Shown here piece after piece: positions 11,161 through 23,405 of a DNA stretch of 64,000 nucleotides. The stretch is from the human T2T-CHM13v2.0 reference genome, Homo sapiens: NCBI RefSeq assembly GCF_009914755.1, contig NC_060927.1; one strand, 5' to 3'. The number at the start of each line of letters is the position of its first letter. Position 1 is the stretch's first letter. The notes under the pieces are model-generated. The model was given only the letters and a program-made list of their open reading frames with translations, searched no databases and had not been told where the DNA came from. The position numbers were made by a program, and so were the translations under genes.

Positions 11161-14094
11161 ATAGCTGGGAGGGAAGGAGAGAAAACCAAGGAGCCGGCCC
11201 CCCCCAGCCAGCGACGTTAAAGGCTTTAGCTCCCCAGGAAAACAGAAGAGCCCAGCCTGACAAAGAGGTGGCTGGAGGATTCCAGAGTCGCTGTCACTGC
11301 TCACAGAGGAGACTGGTGTCAGGGCTGTCCCCTCTCAGGGAGCGCTCACACTGGCTCTCTCTGCCCACCTGGCTCTCCCCAGCCCTGCCAGGCCTGTCCT
11401 CCTGGGCCTCTCTGTCCCCAGCCGGGTCTGTGTTAGAGCTAAACCCTCATCGCCTCTGCCTGTCCTCCGGGCCCGGGCTGCCCTGCCCTGCTAGCAGGCA
11501 GAGGGGTCTGCATTCAGACTCAGCTGCACCACAACTGCCAGGAAGCCAGGGCAAGTCATTGCAGCTCCATGAGCCTGGCTGGCCGCTGATAGATGGGGGT
11601 GTTGATGTCAACCATAGCCTCCATGCGTTTCAGACATGACCGCCAGGCCCCACATTAGGGACACTTCTGCCCTTGCCAGGTTCCCCCTTCTTTCTGTCTC
11701 CCCACCCCTGGCCTTGGGGGCAGCTCCCTCTTGGCCAGGCCTGCCTCCAGCCACGCCCTGACTTAGAGGTCTCACTGGAGCACTGTGCCACCCACACACC
11801 TCCGTGACCACCTGTGGCCTGTGCAGGGCAGCTTCCTACCTTGGGGTGGAGGGGAACTTGACATTGGAGCCCACCAGCACCCTGTTGAGGGACAGGGCTC
11901 CACCCCAGCTGCCCCATGGCCCCTGCTGATGGGGGTGGCCTTGCTAGGCAGCCCCTCCTGTTCCTAGGGCCCAGTATCCAGTTCAGACTGGAGCCTGGCT
12001 GAATCCAAGGCCCTCTGTGGCTGTCCAGCCTGGCCATCCCATATATCAGCCCCACCTGCCATTTAGGCTCCCAGCTGTCAGTCATCACCAGGATGCTGAC
12101 CCCAAAGAGATCCCCTGCCCCTGGCTCTGGCTCTCTTCCAACCCTCTCCAAAACTGCTTGTTTACAGCAGTGGGTAGTGCTGGAGTGACTAGAGCGGCCC
12201 CAGCCCCACAGGGCCACAAAGGGGCCAGTGACCCCAAGCTGCTTGCAAGGGTTCAGTTCCCACTGGGGCATGCAAGCCACCCACCAGCGTGGAGACCCCT
12301 CTTCCAGTCTGGCCCCCAACATGAAAGCAACGCCAGCAATTGGAGGCAATTTGCCGGCCTTTGATGGCCATGTCAGGGCGGCACCATGGCTAGGGCTTGG
12401 GAAACAGTTGTGCTTCCCGCATTCTTCCCTGATTACCCCAGCCCAAGCCAGGACCCGGCAGCCTGCAGCCCATTGTGCCTTTGTGTGGAGCTGGCGCTTG
12501 GTGAGAAAGGGCCAGCCTGGCCCTGGGAGAGTGTCTCCACGGGAAGCCATGAGGAGCAGTGTTGCCCCCAGGGTCATGGCCGCCCGCCCCCACTGCATCC
12601 TGGGGTTTGGGTTCATCAGGGGGTGGAGCAGGGCCATAGGCTCCGAGAATCCTGAGGTTTGGGAAAAAAGAGGCCCTACTGAATGACAGACGTACATGTA
12701 GCACACACACACCCTAGCCCACCCTGCCAGGTAGAGAGCCACCCTCCAGCACATGGGAGAGGGACCAGGGGGCCAGGTCAGCCTGAGACCCGAGCCTGGA
12801 CTTCTTTCTCCCTTGGGTCACTCAAGGGCAGACAGGTGTTTTCTGGTCCTGGAGGCAGGGGTCCTGCCCTGCTGGGGCATTTTTCTTCCCTCCGCTGTCC
12901 TGCACCCCTGCTGTGAGTGCTTGTGAGGATGAATCCATACTCATTCCCTTTGTTTTCATCAAACCTCCCTGAGCCCGTGTGCTAGGCCCTGCACACAATC
13001 CTGGAGAGGTGCCCCCTCACAGGCCACTGGGGGAGGCAGGCATATAAGGCAATGACAGCCACAGTGGTGCTGGGCAGGGCACCCAGGAGGATCTCACTTG
13101 GCTGGGCAGCTGAGGGGCACCTTCCCAAGGGGCAGCATCAGAGTGTGAGCATGGCAGGCAGAGGGAACCACACATTCCAAGGCCCTGCTTGGCTTCTTAT
13201 AGCTGAAGCATGGTACATGATGGCGTCAGAGAGGGAGGAGGGGTGAGGCTGAGAGAGAGGCCAGAAAGAGAATAGACGCTTCTGTTGGTGGAGCCAGGTC
13301 TAGATGTCTGACCCGGACCCTAGAGCAATCCTTGGGATAGCCAGGTGGGATGAGGGAGGAGGCAGCAAGGCAGGGCTGGAGGACGGTGGATTCCTGCGCC
13401 CACACCTCCCAGTCGTTGCCCTTGATGCAAGCAGCAGAGCAGCAGTGTGGGGACCTTGAACTTCCAGCAGCCATGGAGGAGTCATGAGCATCACCACCCC
13501 TACCTTACCTCTTGTCCCTGTCCTTCCTGGGCAGACTCAGAGCATGGCAGAGACAGCACCATGGGCCTAGAGATGTCAGCGAGCTTTCTGGCCCTCCCTC
13601 CCCTCCCCGGCTCCTGTGTGCCATGGATTGAGCAGGTTCCAGCCAGATTGCACCGGTAGGCACCGTGCCTTCTCTGGGCTCCCAGCTGGATGCCGGAGGC
13701 CACAGTGATGGGGGGCCTGTAATAGACATCCCCCTGTGAGTAACCCAGGGTCACAGTAGAAGCCTTGGGAAATACATAAAAGAAGAAAGAAGGAACAGTG
13801 CTTGCAACCCACTCCCGACCCCTGACAGCCAAATGGACAGTCTTCCGGTCTCTTTTCCCTTCATCCCAGGGCTGCAGCAGAATTCTTCCAAAAATTTTGA
13901 TTGCTGCATTTTTTTTGAATCAGCATTATAACATAGGTCTTTCTTTGTGTAACTTTAAACTCTTCTCAGGTATCACTTTTAGTCCCACAGAACATTTTGC
14001 TGCAGCAAATAGATGCTGGATGGGTCTGCTGGCCTCCCTTGGTCTTAGAGGCCCTTTGTAGTTCTCAAAAACGTGCCGCTCCCTTAGTGGGTAA

Positions 14095-14240
14095 GCAAAC
14101 GGGCTTGGGAATCAGATAGCCTGGCGTTCCCGCTCTGCCTGTAAATAGCCGTGTGACCTTGGGCAAGGTACTAACTCTTCTGTGCCTGTTTCCTCAACAC
14201 GGTGTTACGAGAGGATTCAGTACCTCCGTGCTGTGGGGAC
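14095..14240 (+). mobile_element. MIR
   Basis: gtgtgaccttgggcaaggtactaactcttctgtgcctgtttcctca core. Confidence 0.65.
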
Positions 14241-14439
14241 ATCTTTGTGTAGAAATCTTCTGCCGTATCTCAGACCACTTGTTTGGACCGAATTCCTAGA
14301 AGTGCCTTTCTTAGTTCACACTGTGACCATCTAGGACTTTGTCCCTCCCAGGTTGTCACCAGCCAGTGCTTAAACAGCTGCCCTTCAGGTTCTTGGAAAA
14401 CCAGAGCAGTTTGCCCCTCAGCCCCAGCAGGGTCTCCTC

Positions 14440-15000
14440 CAACGCTTATTTGGAGAGTGTTCTCTGAGTATCCGCCACTCACCAGCAATCACTCCAGGTG
14501 TTAGGGTTACAACAGTGAATAGACAAAACTCCCTGCTAGGGTGGAGCTTGTCATTTCAGCAGAGGCAGACAACAAACCCAAAACAAGGACATCATAGAGG
14601 ACATTAGAAGGTGATAAGAGCTATAGGAAAAATAGTGGGGTGAGAGGGGGTCAGGGGAGCATGAGGGGGTTGTAGTTCTAAACAAGGGGGTCACAAAGGC
14701 CTCACCAAGAGGTGACAGTTGTACAGTGACTCGAAGAAAGTGAACCTGCAGCTGCCGGAGCTCCCAAGTCCACAGGCGGAGGGATTGGCAAAGACAGGGG
14801 CCCCGAGGCAGAGACAGGCCAGGTGTGCCTCCCAGGTGGGTCTCCAGGCAGAGGGATTGGCAATGACAGCAGCCCTGAGGCAGAGACAGGCCAGGTGTGC
14901 AGAAGGGCAGCGAGGAGGCTGACACAGGGGCGGGGCTGTGAGCCAGGGGCAAGCAGAGGCCAGAGGTCCAGAGCAGCCCCCAGTGCAGGGAGGAAGATGG
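14440..15000 (-). mobile_element. L2 remnant containing a 72 bp tandem duplication (14773-14900)
   Basis: aacagtgaatagacaaaactccctgc...ggagcttgtcattt...gcagacaacaaa is an antisense L2 3' signature. Confidence 0.55.
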
Positions 15001-16510
15001 GGGCAGGACTGCACCTCCCTGACAGCGTAGGTCCTAGCAGAGCGGGTGGCAGAGCAGGCCCTGTCCTGCCTGCCTTGGAGACACAGGGCCTGCAGGAGGT
15101 AGACACCAGGCAGATGGGCAGTCGGCACTCAGCACGTGGCCTTGTCACCGCCTTCCCGCGTACTCTGACCCCAAGTCAGAATGGGGAGCCTGGCACACAG
15201 GGCACCGTGTGGACATGGTGAGCTGTGGTCACCCTGGAGCCAGGCCCTCGTACCGCACCACGCATGGCACACGCCTTCATCTGCCCTCAGCGCCTCTCGC
15301 ATACCCTAGGAATTGTCACTCAAATTCCCTTTGCCTGTGGATCCGTGACAGCAATATCTATGGCTGGTCCCCGTCATCTGGCCTTGGGTCCAGCATTCCT
15401 CCTCCTCCTCCTCCTCCTCCCTTGGAGCATGCTGAAGCAGCCCTGTCCCCACACAGTGACTGCGGTGCTGTTTCCTTCGCCACCCTTCTGCTGTCTGGAG
15501 ATCTGGCTGCCTTGTTCACTGTCTGTGCCTTCTTAGATGAGTAAACTGCATGGGAGCTGGGCCCTGGTCTGTGCATTCACCACTATTTATCTCCTGTTCT
15601 GGCATGTTCCCTGAATATTTTTAAGTGAAAAGGCACAGAGGCAGGTTGCGAGAAGCAGAGAGTGGGACCCGCAGAGTCTGGCTGGGTGGGTAGCAGCTCT
15701 TACCACGTGACAACCTGGGTTGCTCTTCACTTCCCTATGTTTGCCACATGGCTAAGAAAGGAAAAAAAAGGCCACTGGGAAAACAAAGCAGCTCCTGGTG
15801 ACATTTGCCACAAATCCATGCTGCCCCATGTCCAGGTCTCCCTTTGGTCAGGCTTTCCAGGTGTGGCTTCCCGGCCAGTCCATAATAGAGCAGAGGTAAA
15901 CGAGCCTGACCATCTCAGGAGAGCAATTAAATGGCCACATCTTCACCAGTGCCAGATAGACTTTCCGGCTCTGCCTGCTCCGGGCAGTGCGAGGTATGCA
16001 TTGTGTGTAACGAGAGCCATCGCGGGTGAGATGGACTGCCGATTGGGCCACGCCTGTCTCCCCAGCCCAGCACAGACGCCGGGGAGCCCCACGCCTTCTC
16101 AGCCTCCAGACCTCCTGGCACCAGAGGGAGACGGGCTGCCCATGCCATTTGTCGGGGTCTGCTGCCAGCTACCTGCTCTGTTTGCAGAAGGAAGGCCAGG
16201 CTCTGATTCAGGGAGTCAGATACCTACAGGCCAGGCGCTCACTTGAGGGGACTGGCCAGGGTCCTCCCCATGCCCACACTCTGTGCCCCATCCCAAGCGG
16301 GGGGCAGACCACCTAGGTATGGAACCTGCAGAGCAGACACCGCTCAGGCTCCAAGTAAGGTATGCTGCTCACAGGGAGCGCTTCCTTAATGCAGGTCCCC
16401 AAGGCCATAGTGTCACATGTCCCTCAGGCAGGCGTGCAAGGGCCTGGCTTCTGGAGCCCCGTTCATATCAGCTGCATGTCCTCAGTCTTCCCAGGGGACT
16501 CAGGCTTTAG

Positions 16511-16908
<398 letters not shown>

Positions 16909-17507
16909 CCTTGTCACCTTTTTAAACATCTAGAGCTGCAGGGCCAGTGCACGATGCTCTCACAGCCTTGAGAACCATTGTCAGAAGCCCTCTGAAAGGG
17001 GTATCCCCCACCCATCACTCTGAGTGGAGAGCAGAAGCTGGCTTTGCCATTGGGTAAGGGCTGTAGCTCAAATCCTGGCTCTTCTGAACTCACTGTGGGG
17101 CTTCCAGTAAGTCACTGGCCTCTTAGACCTTCATTTTCTCATCCGTATAAAGAAGGGGTGGCCAACATCTTCAGGAAACTGAGCCAGAAATAACCCACAC
17201 AGCCCCGCCAGCCAGCGCTCCCAGTCTGAGACGACAGGCCAGGGCCCTCCGGACTGAAGCTTGATGTGCGAGCCTTATAGCTGCCTTGACTTTTCAGGGA
17301 CGAAGCTAGTACTGGGCAGGACTGGGAAAAGGGAGGAAAATTCTTCAGGTGCCAGCAGGTGCAGTGGCACAGGTGCCAACGGCACATAGGAAGCTGGGCC
17401 CTCTGCCTGTGCCTCTGCCCAGCTTCCTCCCTGCTCTGGTCCTCTAGGTTCCCAGCCTGTACAGGCCCTTTGTGCACATGGGGAGGGGATCCTGGTGGGA
17501 CACCTCC

Positions 17508-17725
17508 TTGGCAGGCAGGGTATGGGCTGCCTTCACCCCCACCTGCCCTCAGTGCCTTCATACCCAGCTGCCCCTAGCAGCAGTCTCAGGAGCCACCACC
17601 CACTGGGGCTCCCTGTCCCATGCCACTCTCACAGTGTCCCCATGAGCTTGCTCCCACCAGGACCCCCCAGTGGGGCTGTGAGGCTCACAGAGTGAGTGCT
17701 TACACTGAGGTGCTCTGCCAGGGGT
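17508..17725 (+). repeat. Left arm of non-Alu inverted repeat (partner 18927-19177)
   Basis: Aligns to the reverse complement of 18927-19177, including a 32 nt exact match (17523-17554 vs 19131-19162). Confidence 0.9.
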
Positions 17726-17854
17726 GGAACTGCTCCGAGCCCTGGGCCCACCCACTCCCACAGATGCAGAGGAGCCTGCTAAGTGGTCTCACCCTGGCCA
17801 GTGGCCCACATGGAGGCTGCACCATGCTGCCACCAGGAGATTCCTCATGAATAC

Positions 17855-18545
<691 letters not shown>

Positions 18546-18926
18546 AGACAAGCTCCAGAGAAAGGGCAGTTGCAGCAGCATGTTTAAGGATGAGTGGGAC
18601 TTCTATTGCCTAGAATGGGAAGGGTGTTCCAGGCAGAGGGAACAACACGTGACAGGCTTGTATGTGCAATGAGGAGCCCAGGAATGGGCCATGATCAGCA
18701 GGGCTGCAGAGACGGTGCACAAAGGCAGAGAGTGGTGAAGATGGAGGTGTTGGAGTGGGTGCGTGTCGGGGCATCAGCAGAAAACAAATTTCCACTCAGG
18801 TGTTCAGCTGGAGGGAGTTGAACAAAAGGTCTTTAGTGAGGCGTGGGCTGGTTAAAGCAACTCATAGAGGTAGCTGGAAAGCGGTGGGGGCTGCACCCAC
18901 CCAAGCCTGGGGGCGGGGCTGCGTAT

Positions 18927-19177
18927 ACCCCTGGCAGAGGATCCCGGGATGAGCCACTGACTCTGTGAGCCCCATGGCCCCACTGGGGTGTCCTGATGGG
19001 AGCAAGCTCTCAGGGCAGTGGCAAACTGAGCCGAGGGGGCACTGTGAGAATGGCGTGGGGCAGGGAGCCCCAGCGGGTGGTGGTTCCTGGGACTGCTACT
19101 GGGGCAGCTGGGTATGCAGCCTGCATATCCCACTGAGGGCAGGTGGGGGTGAAGGCAGCCCAGGTCCTGCCTGCCAA
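18927..19177 (-). repeat. Right arm of non-Alu inverted repeat
   Basis: See left arm; it carries two extra segments (~10 and ~23 nt) relative to the left arm. Confidence 0.9.
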
Positions 19178-19675
19178 AGGGAGCCAGGGATACACACCCT
19201 GACTGCCCTCTCTTCCCACACTCTGGCCTGTTGGGGCTTCCACTGCTAAACCTGGTCGTGCTGTCTGCAGGGGTCAGCCTCCCAGGCACACAAGAGGGTG
19301 GAGAAGTGGAGAATGGGTCTCCAGAGGCAATCAGGGAGTACCCCACCCAGGGAGCCTCAGATGCCGAGTTTCCAGACGTGGACTTGGCATGAGTGCACTG
19401 GAAAGCAATGGACCACTCGGCACAGAGCAGCAGTCCCTCCAGGGCCTGAGCACGGGGGTGGTGAGCTGAGGCCCCAAGAGGCACAGTGCCCTGCTGTACA
19501 CCTATCAGATGGGTGCCGGAGGGACCAAAATGTCAGAATGGACCACAGGCCTCAGGGCTGATTGGCTAGGGAGGGAGGCAGAAGAGGGGTGAGTCTAGGC
19601 AGCAGGTGCGCGGGCAGGGAGCCCACGGGTGCTTGGGGTACGGCAGAGTGACAGGCTCTCTTCTGTGCCTTGCAG

Positions 19676-19866
19676 GTGGCCTCAGCCCCGAGTCCAAGAA
19701 GATCCTGACACCCGCCCTCAAGAAGCGGGCCCGGGCTGGCCGTGGGGAGGCCACCAGGCAGGAGGAGAGCGCCGAGCGGAGCGAGCCCTCACAGCATGTG
19801 GTGCTCAGCCTGACTTTCAAGCGTTATGTCTTCGACACCCACAAGCGCATGGTTCAGTCTCCCTGA
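19676..19866 (+). CDS. EEFSEC: Terminal coding exon of selenocysteine-specific elongation factor (C-terminal part of domain 4)
   Basis: Pyrimidine tract and acceptor ctctcttctgtgccttgcAG (AG at 19674-19675), phase-1 entry, translation (G)GLSPESKKILTPALKKRARAGRGEATRQEESAERSEPSQHVVLSLTFKRYVFDTHKRMVQSP then TGA at 19864-19866. Recognised as the human eEFSec C-terminus with its basic KKRAR patch. CpG retention is locally high, as expected for a coding exon. Confidence 0.95.
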
Positions 19867-20253
19867 GTGTCCGGTGACCTCCCCCAGGGCCTCCTTGCCC
19901 AGCCCAGTCCAGGCTGCTGTGCCAAATCCCAACCAGCCACGCCTCAGCCTCTCCCAGTCTCTCCCTGCAGTCCTGCAGCAGCAGCCCCCACCCCCAAGCT
20001 TGGTGCTGAGCCCTGGTGAGGAGCTGAGGGGGATGGGTTGCTGGGGCCAGGAGGGTCTCTCCTCCAGCCCCTGCACACTCCCACCCAGGACAGCCCCCAG
20101 CCCAACTAGGAAAGGGCCATGGGCAGAGGGCTGGTAGCCAGTATCTTCCACTGCCCCATCTGTTGGCCACCTGCAGGCCAGTCTCAACCCTCCCCCAGGT
20201 GGGCAGGCACTTGATGGCTACAAATAAATGTCCCGTGGCCCCAGCCCACTCTA
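19867..20253 (+). other. EEFSEC: EEFSEC 3' UTR
   Basis: Runs from the stop codon to the poly(A) site; the end is estimated about 25 nt after AATAAA. Confidence 0.8.
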
Positions 20254-20275
20254 CTGGTGTCTCTCTCTCTGTGAC
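20223..20275 (+). terminator. Polyadenylation signal and downstream GU/U-rich element
   Basis: AATAAA at 20223-20228, followed ~25 nt later by ctggtgtctctctctctgtg. Confidence 0.85.
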
Positions 20276-20420
20276 TTCACTAGGTCCGCCGCCCTCCCCA
20301 GCTGTGTTCCAAGGGGAATCTCAGAAATCCCAAGAGTTCCTGCCCAGGTCGGGGCCAGGGAAGGGACCCAAACTCAGAGTCTGTAGGCTGTGGGAGTCTG
20401 CAGAGTGTCTGCGCTTCTCA

Positions 20421-20439
20421 ACCCCACTAGGTGGCTCCT
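20421..20439 (+). promoter_or_regulatory. CTCF-like motif (forward)
   Basis: accCCACTAGGTGGCtCct compared with consensus CCACYAGRKGGCRC; motif match only. Confidence 0.4.
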
Positions 20440-20814
20440 GGGGCGCTCTGGGCCTTCAGGGAGAATGGGGATTCTCTGGGCAGCTGGGTCCAGGGAAGGT
20501 ACCCACAGGGAAGTTGGGGAATAGCAGGGTGCCTGGCCAGAGCATCAGGCAGAGCAGGTGGAGGCTTGTTCCTCCACCCCAACACGAGGAGTCCCTCAGC
20601 CCCTGCCCTCAAGTTTGAGAACCACATACTTCCCAGAAAGTGGAGGCTAGCATGGTGAGGGCACCCTGCAGAGCCATCTGCCATCCCCTGCACCCACAGA
20701 CCACCCTGCCTTGTAGCCCCAGGCTGTGGGATACTCAGGAAGGGGTGAATGGTGGAGTCAACAGACTGAGGGGAAATCAAAGCTTTTAGAGACATTTGCA
20801 GGATGAACAGATGT

Positions 20815-21040
20815 TCAAACGTTCCTTTATTTGGTCTCCAGACAGACGCAGAGGCCTCCCTTTTATCCCAGTAATCGGTGCATTATGCTTTAATTTGCAA
20901 ATGGCATTAAAAATATTAACAGGGGCAGGTTTCGATCAAATGACTTGGGCCTGTTAAGCCCCAGAGCCGTGTGTGTGTGTGTGTGTGTGTGTCCCGTGTG
21001 CACGTGGTGGGTGGGGAACAGGCAGTTAATTAAATACACC
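20815..21040. promoter_or_regulatory. Candidate enhancer containing a (GT)n microsatellite
   Basis: GTCT-CC-AGAC 20834, ATTTGCAAAT 20893, several TAAT/ATTA, CACGTG 21001, TTAATTAA 21026; (GT)n at 20969-20991. Confidence 0.45.
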
Positions 21041-21407
21041 AACAGCAGAGCAAAGCCCCCGAGCTGCAAGGATACCAGCGATGGCGACTGGCCCAGCCAC
21101 CCTTCGTCAACCTTGGCCCAGACCCAGGCAGCAGGGCTGGAGCAGCAGTCAAGGGCAACAGCTGAGAGCCATGGGGAAGTGGGGTTCCCAGTTCAGTCCC
21201 CTGAGGGGATTGGCCCTGGAGGAACGTGAGAGAGAGTGTGGCCCCGGTGAGCGTGGCCTCCGCGGCTGCTGCAGGCTGCGGGTGCCAGGGCGGCTTGTCT
21301 GCACTGTGAATCAGGACAGCCCTCTGCCTAGGAGCCGACTCCCCCTCTACTGCCGCTGCCTGAGCAGACACTTCCTGGGACTGCAGTGGCCCCTCTCCCT
21401 GGGGCCT

Positions 21408-21453
21408 GACCCCACTGTGTGCTGTGCCCCGACCCCACTGTGTGCTGTGCCCC
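21408..21453. repeat. Exact 23 bp tandem duplication
   Basis: gaccccactgtgtgctgtgcccc present twice. Confidence 0.9.
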
Positions 21454-22159
21454 ACGGCCTCCTCACCCTACCTGGCCCTGCAGACTGTTTCACCAGGAAG
21501 GCAGTGCCACTTCACTGAGGCCACTCCGCCCAGGAAACTGGCAGCAGCTTTGAGCCCACACCAGGCTCCCTGCTAGCCTGCTGGTCCCCCAGGGGAGGGC
21601 AGCCCAAGAAGGGAGCAGACCTCCAGGAGGGCTTCAGTCAGCACCGAGCTGGGCTCACAGCCCCCAGCCTGTCAGTCCCTGGGGGCAGGAGAGGCCCCTC
21701 TGAGCACTTGCCAGTGCTGTCCAGGCTGGTCACCTCCCAGCACAGATCTGGGAGCTGCTGGTGAGGGCCAGCACTGGGTCCGAACCCAGCTCCAAGGACT
21801 CACTTCTTAGGCGAGGAAACCTCCCTCCTCCTCAGTGTGGGGCTGAGCTGGGAGCCAGGCCACACCCTCCCTGACCGCTCCCTCCCCAGCCCCCTCAGAG
21901 TCCCTGCACATTGGGACAGAAAGCTCTGAGCTCAGCCCCAGGTCCTGGCCTGCATGGGCAGGGTGACCTTGGGTGTGTCACTGTCCCTTTCTAAATGAGG
22001 GGTGATGTGACCCAGTGGAACCACTGTGCCAAGCATGGGGTTCCATGGAAGCTGTCCATGGGAGCTTCCATGGGAGCCATGGGAGCTGGCTCTGGGGCCA
22101 GATCAGGTGTGGAGGAAAGATGAGCACACAGGGCGAATGTGGCTGCCGCCACCAGGGCA

Positions 22160-22245
22160 CAGATTCAGGCCTCTCCCTGCCTGCGGTGTGAGCTTGGGCA
22201 AGTTCCCTAACCTCATGCCTCAGTGTCCCCATGTATAAAATGGAA
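22160..22245 (+). mobile_element. MIR core
   Basis: gtgtgagcttgggcaagttccctaacctcatgcctcagtgtccccatgtataaaatgg. Confidence 0.65.
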
Positions 22246-23259
22246 GAAGAAAAGCAGCCATGCCAGAGGGCTGCCCTGGGGGTGGGAGACTTGCCAGGCA
22301 CACTGCTGACCCCACATTACCTGCGGCCCTAGGGTGGGCCCCACACATCTCCCACTGAGAGGCAAAAGGCCCAGAACCCCTCAGGAAGTGACACCAGCCC
22401 CAAATAAGCCGTTTTTCCAGGAACTCTGTGCAGGCGTCCACCTCCACCCCACCTCTCACCTCCCTACTGGTCTGAAGACCGTGCTCCTCAAAGTCCCGGG
22501 AAGGAGGGGGCTCGGGTGGAGGAACTGAGGCACAGAGGCACAGAAGGGAGGAGGGGCAGCCCAGGGCGACTCCCAGGAGCCTCTGAGCGCCCTGAGTGTG
22601 TAATGAGGCGGACCTGCTCTGTGTGGCCTGAAAACGCCCAGCCGACTGCCCCAGGAGAGGCCTCTATCAGGCCCGGCATCGGTGGAAACCCGAGCGTCCA
22701 TTAGTGGGGTCGGGCCAGGGCGCGCAGCCTTTGAAGGTGCAGCCTAGCCGGGACGGTGGGCAGGAGCTGGTGCCAGCACCCGCTTCTGGCTGAGGCCAAG
22801 GTGTGGGCATGCACGTCCCCTTCCCTGGCTCCCCCGTCCCCCAGGATGCCTTGGGCAACCCCAGGCCCGCGTGTTTTATGTAGGAGAGGGTTCCAGTGGG
22901 CCAAGCTCACTGCAGCCACCGACACAGGTAAACTCACCGAATCTGCTCATCTACCCACAGCAGTGATGTGGCAGCAGCATGCCGGTTTCCCAGGGGTGTG
23001 GGCAGGGCAGGGCTTGGCTGCCTGCAGCTGCCCCAGATAGAGCTGGAGTTTGAGTCCAGGCTCCAGGTTCTTCCAGAGTCCCTTGCCCACCAGTGCTTCA
23101 GGCGTGTCCTTGGAAAAGAGGTGCCCTCTGGGGTCCTCTGTGGGCTGATGGGTGGGGTGGGGCATGGGGCAGCAGTGCCCTGGGCCCCCTCACCTGCCTG
23201 CCCACATGGAGTGAGGTCATGGACCGACATCCTGCCATGGGCTGGGGCAGGAGGGGCAG

Positions 23260-23405
23260 CGGTGATTGGCAGGCCCCCGACCAGCAGGGCTAATGCACAA
23301 ACGAAGAGATAAGGCTTATCTGGAAATGTCCCTGGAATCGAGACTCTGATGGAAACAGGCTTCTGGGTTAATATATTTTCAATAGATAACGTCTCGTAAA
23401 CGGGA
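23260..23405. promoter_or_regulatory. Candidate GATA/HOX13 enhancer
   Basis: Palindrome AGATAAG-G-CTTATCT 23307-23321, AGATAA 23384, CTCGTAAA 23393. Confidence 0.55.

Noticed and set aside
11630-12754. 374 aa minus-strand ORF
   Set aside because: Non-ATG start, no recognisable domain, Trp/Gly-rich composition typical of GC-rich intron, CpG-depleted.
20210-20260. Possible SECIS in the EEFSEC 3' UTR (TTGATG...AAA)
   Set aside because: No complementary 3' GA half of the quartet and no stem before the cleavage site; the A-run is the poly(A) signal.
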